Shown here piece by piece: positions 12,275 through 26,139 of a stretch of DNA of 64,000 bases. The position numbers and the translations under genes were made by a program. The notes beneath the pieces were generated by a model, which saw only the letters and a list, made by a program, of their open reading frames with translations, was not told the origin of the DNA and made no database searches. The stretch lies in the NCBI RefSeq assembly GCF_036321535.1, contig NC_087437.1, positions 41,852,001 through 41,916,000 on the forward strand, written 5' to 3'. The DNA is from Camelus dromedarius (lineage: Eukaryota). Position 1 is the stretch's first letter; each line of letters begins with the position of its first letter.

Positions 12275-12842
12275 CTGTTTGCCAGTATTTATGGACCATT
12301 TCTAACAGGCTCTGCATCAGGGCCTACTGGATGCAGAACTGTCCTCAGCCCTTGGAGAGTTCACAGTGTAATGAGAGAGGTCACTGAGAGCACACACTTA
12401 ATCACAATAGGGTGTGATGTGTGCAAAAGAATGTGTGCAAGATACAAAGGGAGCACAGAATAAGGAATGGTTATAATCTGGGCGGGTGGGTCAGGGAAAG
12501 TTTCACAGAGGAGAGTTGTGAAGGAAGAATAGGAAATTACTAACTGAACAAAGCTTGAGGAAAGGTAGGGCATTGGAGGCATGAAATATCCTGGTGTGTT
12601 CAGAGTACCATGTCCAGTTTGTTACTGCTGGAGCTTAGGGAGGGAGGAGGGGAGAAACAGAGAGAAGATGAGGCTGAAACAGTGGACAAGCTGGAATGTG
12701 ATGAGTCTTGGATACCAGGCTAGGGAAATTCGTCCATGAGGGCAGGAGTGTGTCTTTCTTGTTCACCACTGACATCTCCAGCACAGTACCTGATGCATGA
12801 TAAGTAGAGCATCAATAAATGTTTTTTGAATGAATGAATGAG
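12275..12842. mobile_element. L2 fragments: antisense about 12275-12725, sense 3' end about 12730-12842
   Basis: 'cagtatttatggacc...gcccttggagagttcacagt' on the minus strand, and 'ccatgagggcaggagtgtgtc...caataaatgttttttgaatgaatgaatg' on the plus strand. Confidence 0.7.
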
Positions 12843-13849
12843 CCCAAGATGAGGAGAAAACTGGAGCATGTAGCACTAGATACAAAGGTCAGGGCAGGAG
12901 AGCTTTGCAACCAGGGTTGTGGATGGACACAGAAAAGGCAGGAGTTTCATATCCCTTAACACAGGCACATTTGTGAGTATGAAAAGCATTTATCTGTTAA
13001 ACGTAAATATATAAAATATCCCACAATTTTTGTAACCTGTTTTGTGATTCCTTAATTTTTGGCATACCCTGATCCTCAGCAGATGAAAACACGCCCACAG
13101 TTACCTAGGTTCCAGCATCAGATGGTACAAGTCTAAAGACAAGCCTGATCTAGAGAATAGAGCTGCACCATTAGTTGGTGGAGAAACCACTGCATTAAAA
13201 GGTCCCCCATCCTGCTTCTCTTTTTGCCATTTGGCTCATGACCTAAGCACTGTTGTAAACATGATGAACTCACCTGCTCCTCTTTCATACTGCTTCTTTC
13301 AAGAACTTTCATCTAAAGATGCCACTTGGGGAGAATATTTTTACGGGGGTGATCCTGCTCCCCCTTGGCTGAGGCTCTGGTGCTTGACCCTCTCTCGATC
13401 TCTGGGAGGCCTTGAGTGGGAATCAAAGACCATTTCCGTGGAGTGCTGAGAGAAGAGTCTGACTGCAGCAAATTGAGGATGAGGAATGATTGTGATCCCA
13501 GAGACTGTGGCTCTGAAGCACATTCTTTGTTCTAAGAGCAAAATATGTTCTCTTTAGAGGGAGAAAAAAAGAATCAGAAAAAATTGGTAGCTTGGCTCTC
13601 TATGTGGAAAACTTTCCTGTGTTACAACAATAAGAGATCTACTGCATGCCTTTCTTAACTCTCCATCATGCTCACTTCGCACTTTTCCTTTGCTTATCTG
13701 TTTCTGGAACACCCTCCCCATCCTCTCTGCTTACTTAATGTCCGTTGCTACCAAATACCTATTCCTCTGCTTCTGGGAATATTTCACCACATTTCCTTTG
13801 AGAAGCCTCCTCGCCTGGTTTTAGTGAGATTGACTCCACTCTTAGCGCT

Positions 13850-14290
13850 ACAGGTTGGCCCAGATTAGTTTAAAGCAATCACCATAGTAGGAGGGTATAG
13901 CTCAGTGGTAAGAGTGATGCCTAACATGCACAAGGTCCTGGGTTCAATCCCCAGTACCTCCATTAAATAAATAAATAAATAAATAAACCTTATTACCTCC
14001 CCCCACCCCCCCCCCCCCAAAAAAAACCTTACATCAATCACTATACCCCTTTGCTTAGGCCACCATGATTGGCCTAAGGATTGACAGATAACCTAATCAG
14101 AGCCAAGGAGGTACTAGGGTGCATTTACCAGGGATTTGGGGAAAGAGATACTTCCTTGCTTTCTCTCAAGGCCTGCTAGAAAAGATTCTGTCTTCTCCTG
14201 GACAGTGTGTTGTGAAGCTAAAGGTCTAGAACTGCTATAGACATTTTGTAGCCAGGAAAGGAAGTGGGTAAAGAATAAAGCCAACACTCT
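13850..14290. mobile_element. Old ERVL-class solo LTR (LTR16-like), interrupted by a SINE
   Basis: 'gccaccatgattggcctaagg...ctaatcagagcc...ggtctagaactgctatagacattttg' resembles old ERVL LTRs; subfamily uncertain. Confidence 0.5.
13887..14034 (+). mobile_element. tRNA-derived SINE (camelid Vic-1-like), second copy
   Basis: 'ggagggtatagctcagtggtaagagtgatgcctaacatgcacaaggtcctgggttcaatccccagtacctcc' then (AAAT)n, 'aaccttattacctcccc' and an A-tail. TSD CAATCAC(C/T)ATA at 13876-13886 and 14035-14045. Confidence 0.9.
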
Positions 14291-14379
14291 CTCATTCCCT
14301 CCACCACACTTGGGTACTTTGATGCTAAGTTATATCATTAGAGAATGGGCATAGTTACTCATCAATATCATTATTGTCA

Positions 14380-14520
14380 ATCAAGCCCATGGCTAAAGGC
14401 CACTAGATTTAAATTCTGGAAATGCCGTTTGCTAGGTATATGATCTGAGGAAAAGTCCTTAAATTTTCCATGCTTCTGTTTCCTCATCTGTGAAATGGGA
14501 ATAATAAAAGCATATTATAT
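14380..14520 (+). mobile_element. MIR SINE
   Basis: Core 'gcttctgtttcctcatctgtgaaatgggaataataa'. Confidence 0.75.
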
Positions 14521-15074
14521 TAGTTGCAGAGATTTTCACTTCCAGAAAGGCAGTAGACAAAGCTAATAGTGAAGATCCACCACAAACACTGATAAATTCT
14601 GGATAAAATACAAAAACCAACAATAAAGAATAAAGTGGCTTTACTCGTTAGTGAGTTAAATGTATATGTTGATGTATCTTTCAGTAATTAGATCTTCTGA
14701 TAGAAACAAAAGAAAATAAAAAATATCAAAGTTTAAAAAACATTTTTAATGCTTTTGGTCTAATACATATTTGGAACCTAATAATTAGACATACATATTT
14801 CTTGTATTTGCACTATTAGAAACAAATTGATCAAATACTGGCTCACAAAAAATCAAAAATCATTAATAGAACATTGTTATATTTGAAAATTTAAAAATAT
14901 ATTTATTAATAATTTATATTAATTAAGAACTAATAATGGAAATTGGAAAATAATTAGATCTAAATTTCAGTGAAATTGCTCCATATCAAAACTTGTTATA
15001 TACAACTAAAGCAATACTTACAGTGAAACATAGTCTTAAATGAATGTTAGATAGTGATTTAATCAGAACAGGTT

Positions 15075-15480
15075 AAAAAAAAAAAAGACAAATGAACTTA
15101 TATATAAAACAGAAACAGACTCTCAGACACAGAAAACAAACTTATGGTTACCAAGGGGGAAGAGGGTAGGAAGAGATAAATTGGGAGTTTGAGATTTGCA
15201 GATACTGACTGGTATATATAAAATAGGTAAACAAGTTTATACTGTGTAGCACAGGAAACTATATTCGATATCTTATAGTAGCTTACAGTGAAAAAGAATG
15301 TGAAAATTAATATATGTATATTCATGTATGACTGAAGCAATGTGCTGTACACCAGAAACTGGCACAACATTGTAAACTGACTATACTTCAATAAAAATAA
15401 ATAAATAAATCAACCAACCAACCAACCATTGAATAAAGCCAAAAAAGAAAAAAAAAAAAAAGGAAGAAAGAAAGAAAAGC
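15075..15480 (+). mobile_element. Short L1 3' UTR insertion (camelid/artiodactyl type) with A-rich tail
   Basis: 'acaaatgaacttatatataaaacagaaacagactc...ttatggttaccaaggggg...gctgtacaccagaaactggcacaacattgtaaactgactatacttcaataaaa'; related to the 3' UTRs at 3945-4900. Confidence 0.85.
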
Positions 15481-15879
15481 TTCTTTGTTTCATTACTTCT
15501 GCAAAGAATTTAGGATGCATCACGAAGACTTTTAAAGAACTTTTTGTTGAAATATAACACAGAGAAAAGTACATAAACCATAAGCAAAAATATCTCCATA
15601 GATTTTATGTGGAAAAAGATCAAATGTGAAGAAAATTTATAATGTTAAAATTATAATCCACATCATTTTACACCCAAACAACAGTTAAAAAATATTTATC
15701 TTTTCAACATGATACCACCATTGACATTCTATTTCCTAAGAATAGATATAAACCTAGCAAACAAAGATGAGATAGCATACCAAACAGAAAATGTAATCTA
15801 GTAAATAAGCAGAGGAAAGAACTAGTAAAAACAGTCATACCTGCTCTATATTCCAGGAAAAACCAGGGAATTATTAGAT

Positions 15880-16895
15880 TATCACCTAGAGTTCTAGTAG
15901 AAAACAAGCAGGAAACTGAAGGGAGTTTAATGAAGGGACTATTTACAGAATATGGGCAGGTTTAAGGGAAAGCAACAGGGCGTGATGCAGCACTTGAGAA
16001 TCAGTTACCACCTTGGGCGTCCTGACAGGAGCTGTGGCCTTTGGTAGAAAAACACAGCTAATGCTAGTCTGTGGCTTGACTTGGAGGGAGCCTGAAGACT
16101 AAATACTCAACCACACAATCTTCCTGTCATCCTACAACCAGTTGTACTTCATATGGTGAAACTCAACCAGAAGCTGGAGGGCAAGAAAGGGCTCCTGTTG
16201 ACAGAGCCCACTGAAGGAGGTTGGCCTTCAGAGGCACAGAGCAAGAGAGAGAGTGGATTTGGAGGGAAATATCCAACATTCTAGCATTAGCAAGAAATGA
16301 AATACAATTGCTAGCCTCTTCAAACTAATGTGTTCAATTGGCTTGATTCTTACTTTCTCATAGTAAAACCAAAATATGTGGAGAACAACTAGTTTATTTC
16401 CAAAAATTCCAGTGATAGTAGCTAATGAAGTTCTTAATTTTCCATATTAAGTCAGATCCTCTGAGAGGCAGATGTGAGCATGGGATTAGACTGCAAGAGA
16501 TTTACTGGGGGAAAGTCCAAGAGATGAAGGGGGATGGAGCAGGAAAGCCTCAGGGTGCAGTGCAAATCTGATACCTGTGAAAGGAGAGGAGGAAGGAAGG
16601 AGGACTAGGTAGGTAAGAGGAGACTCAGACTATAACTCAGTTCTAACAAAGTTTTGGCCAGCCCAATGAGGAGTCTCTGAGCCAAAGCTACCCATTATAG
16701 GGCCCCCTGTCCTGAAGGAATGAGCCTGCCTTCCTAACCCTGCCATGTTCAGTCACTCTCTGTGAGCAGTCTGGAGGAAATGTGTCCTCAAAGAATGTGG
16801 TGGTGGATCCAGGGGCATGGCAGCTGGAGTTGTCAGTCAACTATGCTCTTTACGGCAGGAGATCTGAGAGGCTTATTTTTCATGGTCACCACACA
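15880..16895. mobile_element. Two old MaLR/ERVL-type solo LTR remnants (about 15880-16280 and 16445-16895)
   Basis: 'gagtttaatgaagggactatttacag...caaccagaagctggagggcaag' and 'tgcaagagatttactggggg...ctgatacctgtgaaaggagagg...tcagactata...ttggccagcccaatgaggag' resemble old LTR consensus text; subfamily not assigned. Confidence 0.55.
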
Positions 16896-18950
16896 TGTCA
16901 CTTATCTCTGTGTGAATTTTAATACTAAGAGGAAAAAAAGTGGAAAGTGCTCATTACAATTAGTGCTATAAAGGGAGGAGTCAAAACCTATGTAAATGGA
17001 ATTATTTGAATAACACACAAAGACCTTTATGCCCTTGAAATACCCTCTATGTTCATAATTTCTGCTATGCTGAAAATCTCTCGCCTTGGGCCAAGGCTTT
17101 AAAGACATATATTATAGATTTTCTTGGGAAAAGAATTGATCTTTAGGGCATGCCTATCCATGTCATCTTTTTTTTTCAGAGCATGACCTCTAACCTCTGG
17201 CATAACATGTGTCACTGCATGTGGTCATTCATTTACTTTTGCTATCTTTCCCACCAGGCTCCTAGAGGATAAGAATTGTGTCTTATTTGATTTTATAACA
17301 CATCTGGACCTGGCACGTTGTTAAGTTGTAAAGAGTGATGGTAGAGTAAAATGATTGAATGTGTGAATTAATGAAGGTTAGTCCCTTAAGGGATCCTGAA
17401 GAAATGGCTCTAGAGCAGGTAAACTTAGATTAGGGCTACAACGGGTGCCTCATTGTTTGGTAGTAGAAGTTGGTGGATGCCTGGGAAGTGTGTGCAGAAC
17501 GAGGAGAGCATAATTAATACATGTTGACTTCACAATATTCCCTTGATTTGACTGTTGTTCAGTCGACACCTAATTGTCTTGATGATACTTAACCCATTTT
17601 TCTCAACTTCCCCTGTAAAGCTATGTATATTAGAGTTCAAAGTAACCTGTCAACTCAATAATTCTAGTAAAAATAAGAAAATGATCATAACGTTAGGTGT
17701 AACAGAAGAGGCAAACAATAGATTAATTGACTTTCACCACTCTCTTGACTGATTTGGCACTGTGGAGCCAAAATTTATATAGAAGGAGAGAAGTGTTGAG
17801 GAAAAGACCTTGGGACAATTTTCTTCACCAGAACTCTGAGTCTGGTCTGATTTGGAGCTCCTGCCATGTAAGCTCCAGAGGGACTTGTAAAGAGCCTCTG
17901 TGCTCTCAGATTATTGTTTTAGAGGAAAAGAGAGGTCCATGGAGTGTAGGAGACACAATACCATTTAGAGTGATAATACCTAGATGCAGGTTGATATTCA
18001 TCCGGAACATACTTACATGGTGTGAAGGCTGATGTTTGTTCTGATTGGTTGGTTTCAAAGTCATACCCAGTGCTAAATATTTTGACTATCATTCTTGCCT
18101 GAGTTCAAATTAGTTTCCTCATCTATAAAATAGGGGCAATGACGATAACACTTTCATTTCAAGGATTAAACAAGGAAATGTAAATGAAAGCACATGGTAA
18201 GCTGTGAAAGAACTATAAACATTATCATTTATTATTGCTGATAAGTAATTACTGAAGTACTCTTATTGACAACATGCTTTAGCTCTGATGTGCTGAGAGG
18301 TAAGCACAACAAGTGTTGACTGAGTAATCACCTTCAAGATGACTTTCTTAAAGCTAGGGCCTTGGGAAGAATGTGAGTTGAGAAAGATTTAAAGGTACCA
18401 AATTTCCACACAGCTGCCATTCTATTTGCAGTCTTTATATGCACCTCATGTGGAAGAGACAATTGTTCATATCTTGGTGTTTCCACACGTGTACAGCATC
18501 ATCATCATCAACAAAGTCAGCACTGCTTAAAATTAAAGATAACAATACTTAAAATATTGACAAATGCATACAACATCCTTTTGTTTGCATGAAGACTTAG
18601 AATGCTATCTTGTGCTAATAAAAGTCATAATCTTTCGATGGGCATTACCCTCATTTTATGAATCATGCCATAAAATGAAACAGATCTAAACTGTCCTACT
18701 TTCAGAAATATCTGGATTGCTAAATTTTTATTTACTTTCCTAAATGTGCAAACTCTGATTTCAAATGCCATATATATTTTAAAACAAAGACAGAAAGGTA
18801 GGGTAAAATAATAGAGTTAATACAATTCTAACTTAGTAATTCAACAAATGTTTACTGAGCATCTATTATTTGCAAGGCAATGCTAGACATTTTGGAATAA
18901 ACTAAGACCTGTAAGATATCAATTATGCTTTTAGTCTAGTTGTTCTTGAA

Positions 18951-19371
18951 TGTGTATTTATGATTAATTTTATTTGTCAACCTGGCTACTCCACAGAAGC
19001 CAGATATTTGCTCAAACAACAGTCTAGATGTTGTTGTGAAGGTATTTTTTAGATGAGTTCACATTTAAATCAGTAGACTTTGAGCAAAATGGATTACTTT
19101 CCATAATGTGAGTGGGCCTCATCCAAACAATTGAAGGCGTTAAGAGAAAAAAGGGTGCCCTCCCCCAAGGAAGGGAGAGTCTGCCTTCAGACTGCTTTCA
19201 GACTCAATCTGCAACATCAGCTCTTCCCTGGATCTTCAGTCTGCACCCCCGTAAGCACATGAACCAATTTCTTAAAATCAACTTCTCTCTGTCTCTCTCA
19301 ATGTATAAATAGATACATATATCCATCCTATTGGTTCTGTTTCTCTGGAAAACGCTGATTAATCAAATACA
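18951..19371 (+). mobile_element. MLT2 (ERVL) solo LTR
   Basis: 'ttaattttatttgtcaacctggct', 'ccataatgtgagtgggcctcatccaaacaattgaaggc', and the terminal 'cctattggttctgtttctctggaaaac...aataca'. Confidence 0.85.
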
Positions 19372-21544
19372 GTACATAATCAAACTATACATTTATTTCT
19401 CAATGTGTGATAATCTCACTTAGATTACAGATTCCTTAAGGAGAGGGTTGTTTAAATTTATACTGTCTTCCTTAGAATAATTAAAATACAGCTGAACGGT
19501 AAATATTTAGTTAACACATCAAAAGTAAGTGAAAGAACATTAACATACACATAAGCATAAACATAAACAATGTATTCTTTGATCCATCACATAAAGACTA
19601 TGGAATTTTAAAGATGATTACAGTTGGTTTTATTTGTCTAAGTGTTATTACAGTTCAGGAATTTTAAACAGGACTTGGCCTAAACGGTTTCATTCTAACC
19701 CTAATTATTTTTCCCTCCCTCTAGTTTGAATTGGTTTCTTGTCACTTGAAGCCAAAATAGTCCTAAGTAATATATCTCCCTCTCATAATGCTAGAATAGC
19801 ATATAATAAACCAGAGATAAAATAGGTCCATTAAAATAAAGAAAAAATGAGTATGAGTTATACAATATAAAGGGAGGAAGAATGGTCTTACCAGAAATCC
19901 TAGGCTAAGGATAATTGTTATAATTTGGAATAAAATTTATCTCTGACTTTCTTGGCAGCCAAGGCAAAAAAGAATCTCAATAAATTACCTTATTCTCATT
20001 GTCAAATAAAGGAAGCCTATTGCTTCATCAAGAAAGATATATTTTTGCTTGAATCAAACTGCTAGAATAAGAGAAAGCTGTTAGGGATTTTTCATGTAAG
20101 GGGCACTGAAAGAGAAGAAAATGAACTTACAAGTATTTATTTCAATAAATTACTTATTATAGGCAGAACATAAATGTGTCCATTAAATATCAGCCTCTAT
20201 TTGTGTTATACACATCAATAATAATTCATTCACAAACTAATACTTTATAAAAAACCACATTCAGTATCATGTTCCAGTAATAATTTTATTTTGACCTGTC
20301 TCTTATTTAAACTTTCATGGCATGATCCTATGACTGATAACTCAAGGTGGCCTGATTCACAGTTAGATTGATTAGGGATGTTACAAATCAAGGGGAGATC
20401 AAATTAACTGAATACTTAGCTATCTCCTCATAGGCCTGACCCTGTCAATGCCATATATAATTCTGATATAAGATGTATGATAACATTTCTTTTCTGATAA
20501 ACTTTCTTCATCATCGTAATGTCGTGAAATTTAAAGATGTCTCCTAGTCTATCTTACCAAACAGTGCAACATTCCCTTCTACAGCTCTACAACTATTGAA
20601 TAGTTTGCATGTGGGTAGTGAGAGGAAATAAGAATGAATCACCAGGCGCCACATAAGCTCATTCAACCAAAATATATCAGGTTAATGTTATGGTTGTGGG
20701 TCCTAAACTAGCAGATACTGTGTTATCTTTATGGACAAAGTAAGATTGTGTTTGATCTATCAAATACATTATACTAGTTAATTCATCCATAGAATCCCAG
20801 AAAGTTAGAGGTAAAATGGCCTTAGATGTCATCTTACTCTATAGATACGTCAGATAAGAAGCCTGAAACCCAGAGAGGTAAAATTGTTTTCCTGAGATTA
20901 TACAGCATGTCTAAGCAATAGTCCAGAGCCTGGACCATTCACCAGGCTCTTTCTATTAGGTAAGGTTAACAGTACCAGATTTTACTTAATACTATACCTT
21001 CAACTGAGGATGGAGCATAAGTGGTAACTCCTAGGGCAACTAATTTGCTCATTCCAGGGATATTTGTCTGGAATATAGACATGAGTCTAAAGTTGGGGTT
21101 GTGTCTGAGCATCTCTGGTGGGTTGGTGGGCAGACCCTTGGGACTCTGGAAAAGATCTCATGCTCAGTGAAGGGAGTTGTGCCAGGAGTCAGTTTGGTAA
21201 CACTGCCTCAGTCTGTAGAGGGGACTGAGAGGGGAGTAGTAACTATGAGCATGCCATGGCTATGACTTGGGTTCTTCCTGCTGGTGACCTTTATATCTGT
21301 GTTCTAAGGATGCAGAAGAGCAGAAAGTAAAAATTGAAAAATATTTTTTCTACTCCAAACTTTTTCTCACTTTCAATAACAAATAAGTGGGTTTTTGTCA
21401 TCTTTACTGGCACCACCCTAGTTTGGACCACTGTCATCTCTCTCCTGACCCACTCTAATGGGCCTTCCTTCTTCTAATCTAGTCCTTACTGTACAGGACT
21501 CATCAACCAGGCAGAGAAATCATTTATAAAAGAAAATCAGATCT

Positions 21545-24500
21545 TAGAAAATGGAGAACAAACTAAGCCCAAAGTTAACAGAAGAAAAGAAATAAATATC
21601 AGAACAGAAAAATAATAGAAAAAGTCAATAAAAGTAAGAGCTGGTTTTTTGGAAAAAAAAAATTAACAAACCTTCAGCTAGACTAAAAAGAAGATTCAAA
21701 TAAATAAAATCAGAAATAAAGGAGGAGACACTACAACTGATACTATAGAAATACAAAGACTCAGAAGAGACTACTATGAACAGTTATACACCAACAAATT
21801 GGATAACGAAAAATGAATAAATTCCTAGAAACATACAACTTACTAAAGTTGAATCATGAAAAAATAGATAATCTGAACAGGCCAATAAAGAGTAAAGTAT
21901 AATTGAATCAATAATCAAAATCTCCCAACAACAACAAAAAGCCCAGGACCATATGATTTTCCTGGTGAATTTTACCAAATATTTAAGGGAGAATTAATGC
22001 CAGTCTGTCTCAAACTCTTCCAAAAAATTAAATAGGAGGGAACTCATTTTGCGAGGCCAGCAGTACCCTGATATGAAAGACAAGTAAAGATACTCAAGAA
22101 GAGAAAACTATAGGCAAATGTCCTTGATAAATATAGACACAAAAATTCTCAATTAAATATTAGGAAACTGAATTCAAGAGCACATTAAAAGGATCATACA
22201 CCATGATCAAGTGGGATTTATCCCTGGAATGCAAGTATGGTTCAACATAATCAATAAGTGTGATGCACCACAGTCATAGACTGAAAGATAAAATCATATG
22301 ATCATACCAATAGGTACAGAAAAAGCATGTGACAAAATTCAACATCTTTTATGATAAAAATGTTCCCAAAATTGGGTATAGAAGGAATGTACCTCAACAT
22401 AGTAAAGGCCATATATGACAAGCCCAAAGCTAACATCATACTCAGTGTTGAAAAGTTGAGACCTTTTCTTCTAAGATCAGGAACAAGACAAATGTGCTCA
22501 CTCTCACCACTCCTATTCAACATGTGCAGGAAGTCTTAGCCAGAGCAATTAGACAAGAAAAAGAAATAAAAGACCTCCAGTTTAGAAAGGAAGAAGAAAA
22601 TTGTCTCTGTTAGCAAATGATAAGCTCTTATATAGAGAAAATCCTAACAGCCACCAAAAAACTGATAGAACTAATAAACAAATCCAATAAAATTGCAGGT
22701 ACAAAGTCAATATACAGAAATCCATTGTGTTTCTACACAACAGCAACAAAACATCTGAAAAAAATAAATAAAGGAAACATTCCCATTCACAATAAACAGC
22801 ATCAAAAACAATAAAATGCCAAAGAATAAATTTAATCAAGGAGGTAAAAGGTCTGCACACTGAAAATGATAATATAGCTTTTGTTGAAAGAAATTGAACA
22901 AGAAAGCAATAAATAGAAAGATATCCCCTGTTCATGGATGAGAAGAATTAATATTGTTAAAATATCCACACTAACCATAGTAATCTACAGATTCAAGACA
23001 ATCCTTATTAAAATTCTACTGATGTTTTTCACGAGAATAGAAAAAAAGTCTTAAAATTCATATAAAACCATGAAAGACCTTGACTAGCCAAAGCAATCTT
23101 GAGAAAGAAGAACAAAGCTGAAAGCATCATACTTCCTAATTTCAAAGTATAGTAATCGAAACAGGATGGTATTGGCATGAGTATAGATATATAGACCAAG
23201 GGAACAGGATTCAGAGCCCAGAAGTAAACACTTACATATATGGTTAACTAATATTTGACAAAGCAGCCAAGTATACCCAATGGGGAAACTATAGTCTCTT
23301 CAATAATTGGTGTTAGGAAAACTGGATAATCACAGAAAAATAAAATTGGACCCTTATCTTACATCACTCAGAAAAATTAACTCTAAATGAATTGAAGACT
23401 TAAACATAAGATCTGAAATCATAAAACTTCTAGAAGAAAACATGGGGGGGGACTCCTGGATATTGGTCTTGGCAACAGCTTTTTGGATATGACACCAAAA
23501 GCAAAAGCACCAAAAGCAACATTAATAAGTGAGAGAACATCACACTAAAAACCTTCTGCACAACAGAAGAAACGATCAACAAAATGAAAAGCGACCTATG
23601 GCAGGGAAGAAAATACTTGCAAACCATATATCTGATAAGGGGTTAAGATCCAAAATATATAAAGAACTCAAACAACTCAATAGCAAAAAACCCAATCTTG
23701 TTATAAAGTGGGCAAAAGGAAATAAATAGACATTTTTTCCAAAGAAAACATACATATGGCCAATAGATACATGAAAAGGTGCTCAGCATTACTAATCAGG
23801 GAAATACAAATCAAAATCACATGAAATATCACTTCACATTTGTTAGAATGGCAATTATGAGAAAGACAACAGATAACAAGGGTTGATGAGTATGTGGAGA
23901 AAAGGTTATCCTCACGTCCTGTTGGTGGGAATGTAAATTGGTGAAGCCACTATGGAAGATAGTATGGAGGTTCCTCCATAAAAGTTAAAAATAGAAAATA
24001 AAAGTTAAAAATAGAACAACTATATGATCCAGCAATCTCATTTTTGGGTATATACCTTAAAAAAATGAAATCAGAATCTCAAAGAGATATTTGCACTCCC
24101 ATATTCACTGCAGCATTATTCACAACAGCTAAGAAATGGAAGCAGCGTAATTGTCTGTCTACAGATGAACTGATAAAGAAGATGTAGTATATACATATAT
24201 GAGATGGAATATTATTGTCATGAGAGGTAAGGAAATCCTACCATTTCTGACAATATAGCTGGAACTTGAGGGCACTATGCTCAGTGAAATGTCAGACAGT
24301 AAAAAACAAATATGGAAAGATTTCACTTATATGTGGAATCTAAAAAAGACAAAACAAAGAACAGACATAACGAAACAGAGTTACAGATGCAGAGAACAAA
24401 CAGGTGCTTGCCAGAGGAGAGGGGTGTAGGGGAAGGAAAGAAATAGGTGAGGGAGATGAAGAGATACAAACTTCCAGCTGCAGAATAAATGAGTCTCAGG

Positions 24501-25113
24501 TATGAAATGTACAGCATGGGGAATATAGTCAGTAACTATGTAAATCTTTTTATGGTGACTTGTTACCTAAATTTATCATGGTGATCAGTTTGAAATGTAT
24601 AGAAATATCACATCACTATGTTGTGTAACAGGAACTAACATAGTGTTGCAGGTCAGTTATATTTCAAAAACAAACAAATTAACTAACTAACTAACTCATA
24701 GAAAAAGAGATCAGATTTGTGGTTACCAGAGGCAGGGGTAGGAGATGAGGGCAGGGGAAATTGGATGAAGGTGATCAAAAGGTACAAACTTTCAGTCGTA
24801 AGGCAAATAAATACTAGGGATGTAATGTACAACATGATAAGTGTAATTAACACTGCTCTATTTTATGTATGAAAGTTGTAAGAGCGAATCCTAAGAGTTC
24901 TCATCACAAGAAAAAAATTTTTTCTGTTTCTTTAATTTTGTACCTGTATGAGATGATGGATGTCCACTAAACTTACCATGATAATCATTTCTTGATGTAT
25001 GTAAATCAAATAATTATGCTATATACCTTAAACTTATGCAGTGTTGTATGTCAATTGTATCTCAATAAAAATGGAAGAAAAAAAGAGAAGAAAAACTGGA
25101 AAAAAAAAAAAAA
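21545..25113 (+). mobile_element. L1MA-type LINE-1, about 3.5 kb, 5'-truncated, degenerate ORF2 plus bipartite 3' UTR
   Basis: ORF 22351-22539 ([23 protein letters not shown]...[15 protein letters not shown]) and ORF 23529-23729 (ANHISDKGLRSKIYKEL) are ORF2 remnants; A-rich end at about 25063-25113. Confidence 0.92.
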
Positions 25114-26139
25114 GACCATGAGATATTAGAAGCTAAGGACCCTCTATTTGGTGATCAATGTAACAGAGTTTGTAAGAGAGAGAGAGAAGTGAGTTTGTCT
25201 GGCCTTACGGGGTAACCAAGTTGGGCTCTCCATGGTTCTACCAACAGTAGAAGGCTCAGTACAGTGGGAAGTGCCATTTTAGCTGCCCCGGTTGGGTTAG
25301 TAAGTTAGGGTTAGTAAGTTACTGAAGCAAGCTGAAAAAACATGCTCATAAACTCACAGGAAACTTCTAGAAAGGACCAGGAAAAGTACAAAGGTAGTAA
25401 GACGTCCTACAGTAATGGTTGCTGCCAGAATTAGAGAAAGAGTATGTATTAATGTTGATGTGATCAAAATTTAATTCCCTGGGTTACGTTGAGGTCTGGG
25501 ACACACAGATGATGGGTGAAATATCAATGGGTATGCTTCCAAGATCTAAAGGAAATATCGTGGTAACTACACAAAAGAGGAGAAAGAATTTCAATATGAT
25601 ATCCAACTATTTACAAGCAGAATGGGCCCAGTTGGCTCTGCAGTAAGTTCACTTTTTTCCAATTCATTGTTTTCTGGTCAAATCTCAGAATCTTTTCTTG
25701 ACTAAAATGGTTTGTGTCTGAGGCACTTAGCCTGACCTAAAAACATTTCTTTGCTTCATTTCCCCTGAAGGACACATATATCTATATCTGTATCTGTATC
25801 TATATGTATATCTATATCTACACTTATTTCTATCGAGGGCAAGTTTCGAATGTGTTTGAGGAAGATAATATTTAGCACACCTGGTGTGAAGAGGCCCAGG
25901 TATCACACAGCAGTCTTGACCTCTTAGGAAGAGAAAATGACCACAGGACTAAGTCAGGTAGGAGAGTGGGCAAGAGAGATAACAAAGACCATGAAGGAAG
26001 TCAGACCCAACTTGCTCCCCAATGGTGTGTGGTTCAGAGTAAGTCAGTGTGACAGACAGATTCATAGCTTTTGAAATAACTTTGCCTCAAACTTACCTCT
26101 AATTGGAGAAAAATTACTAGTGGTAGTTCTTGGCTTTGT

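Noticed and set aside
19730..20120. Possible ancient LTR/Gypsy-like remnant
   Set aside because: Only a vague resemblance; I cannot support a family call without a Dfam search.
20945..20965. CTCTTTCTATTAG|GTAAGG recursive-splice-like motif
   Set aside because: It lies upstream of the promoter, outside the inferred transcript. It shows such motifs arise by chance and tempers the intronic candidates.
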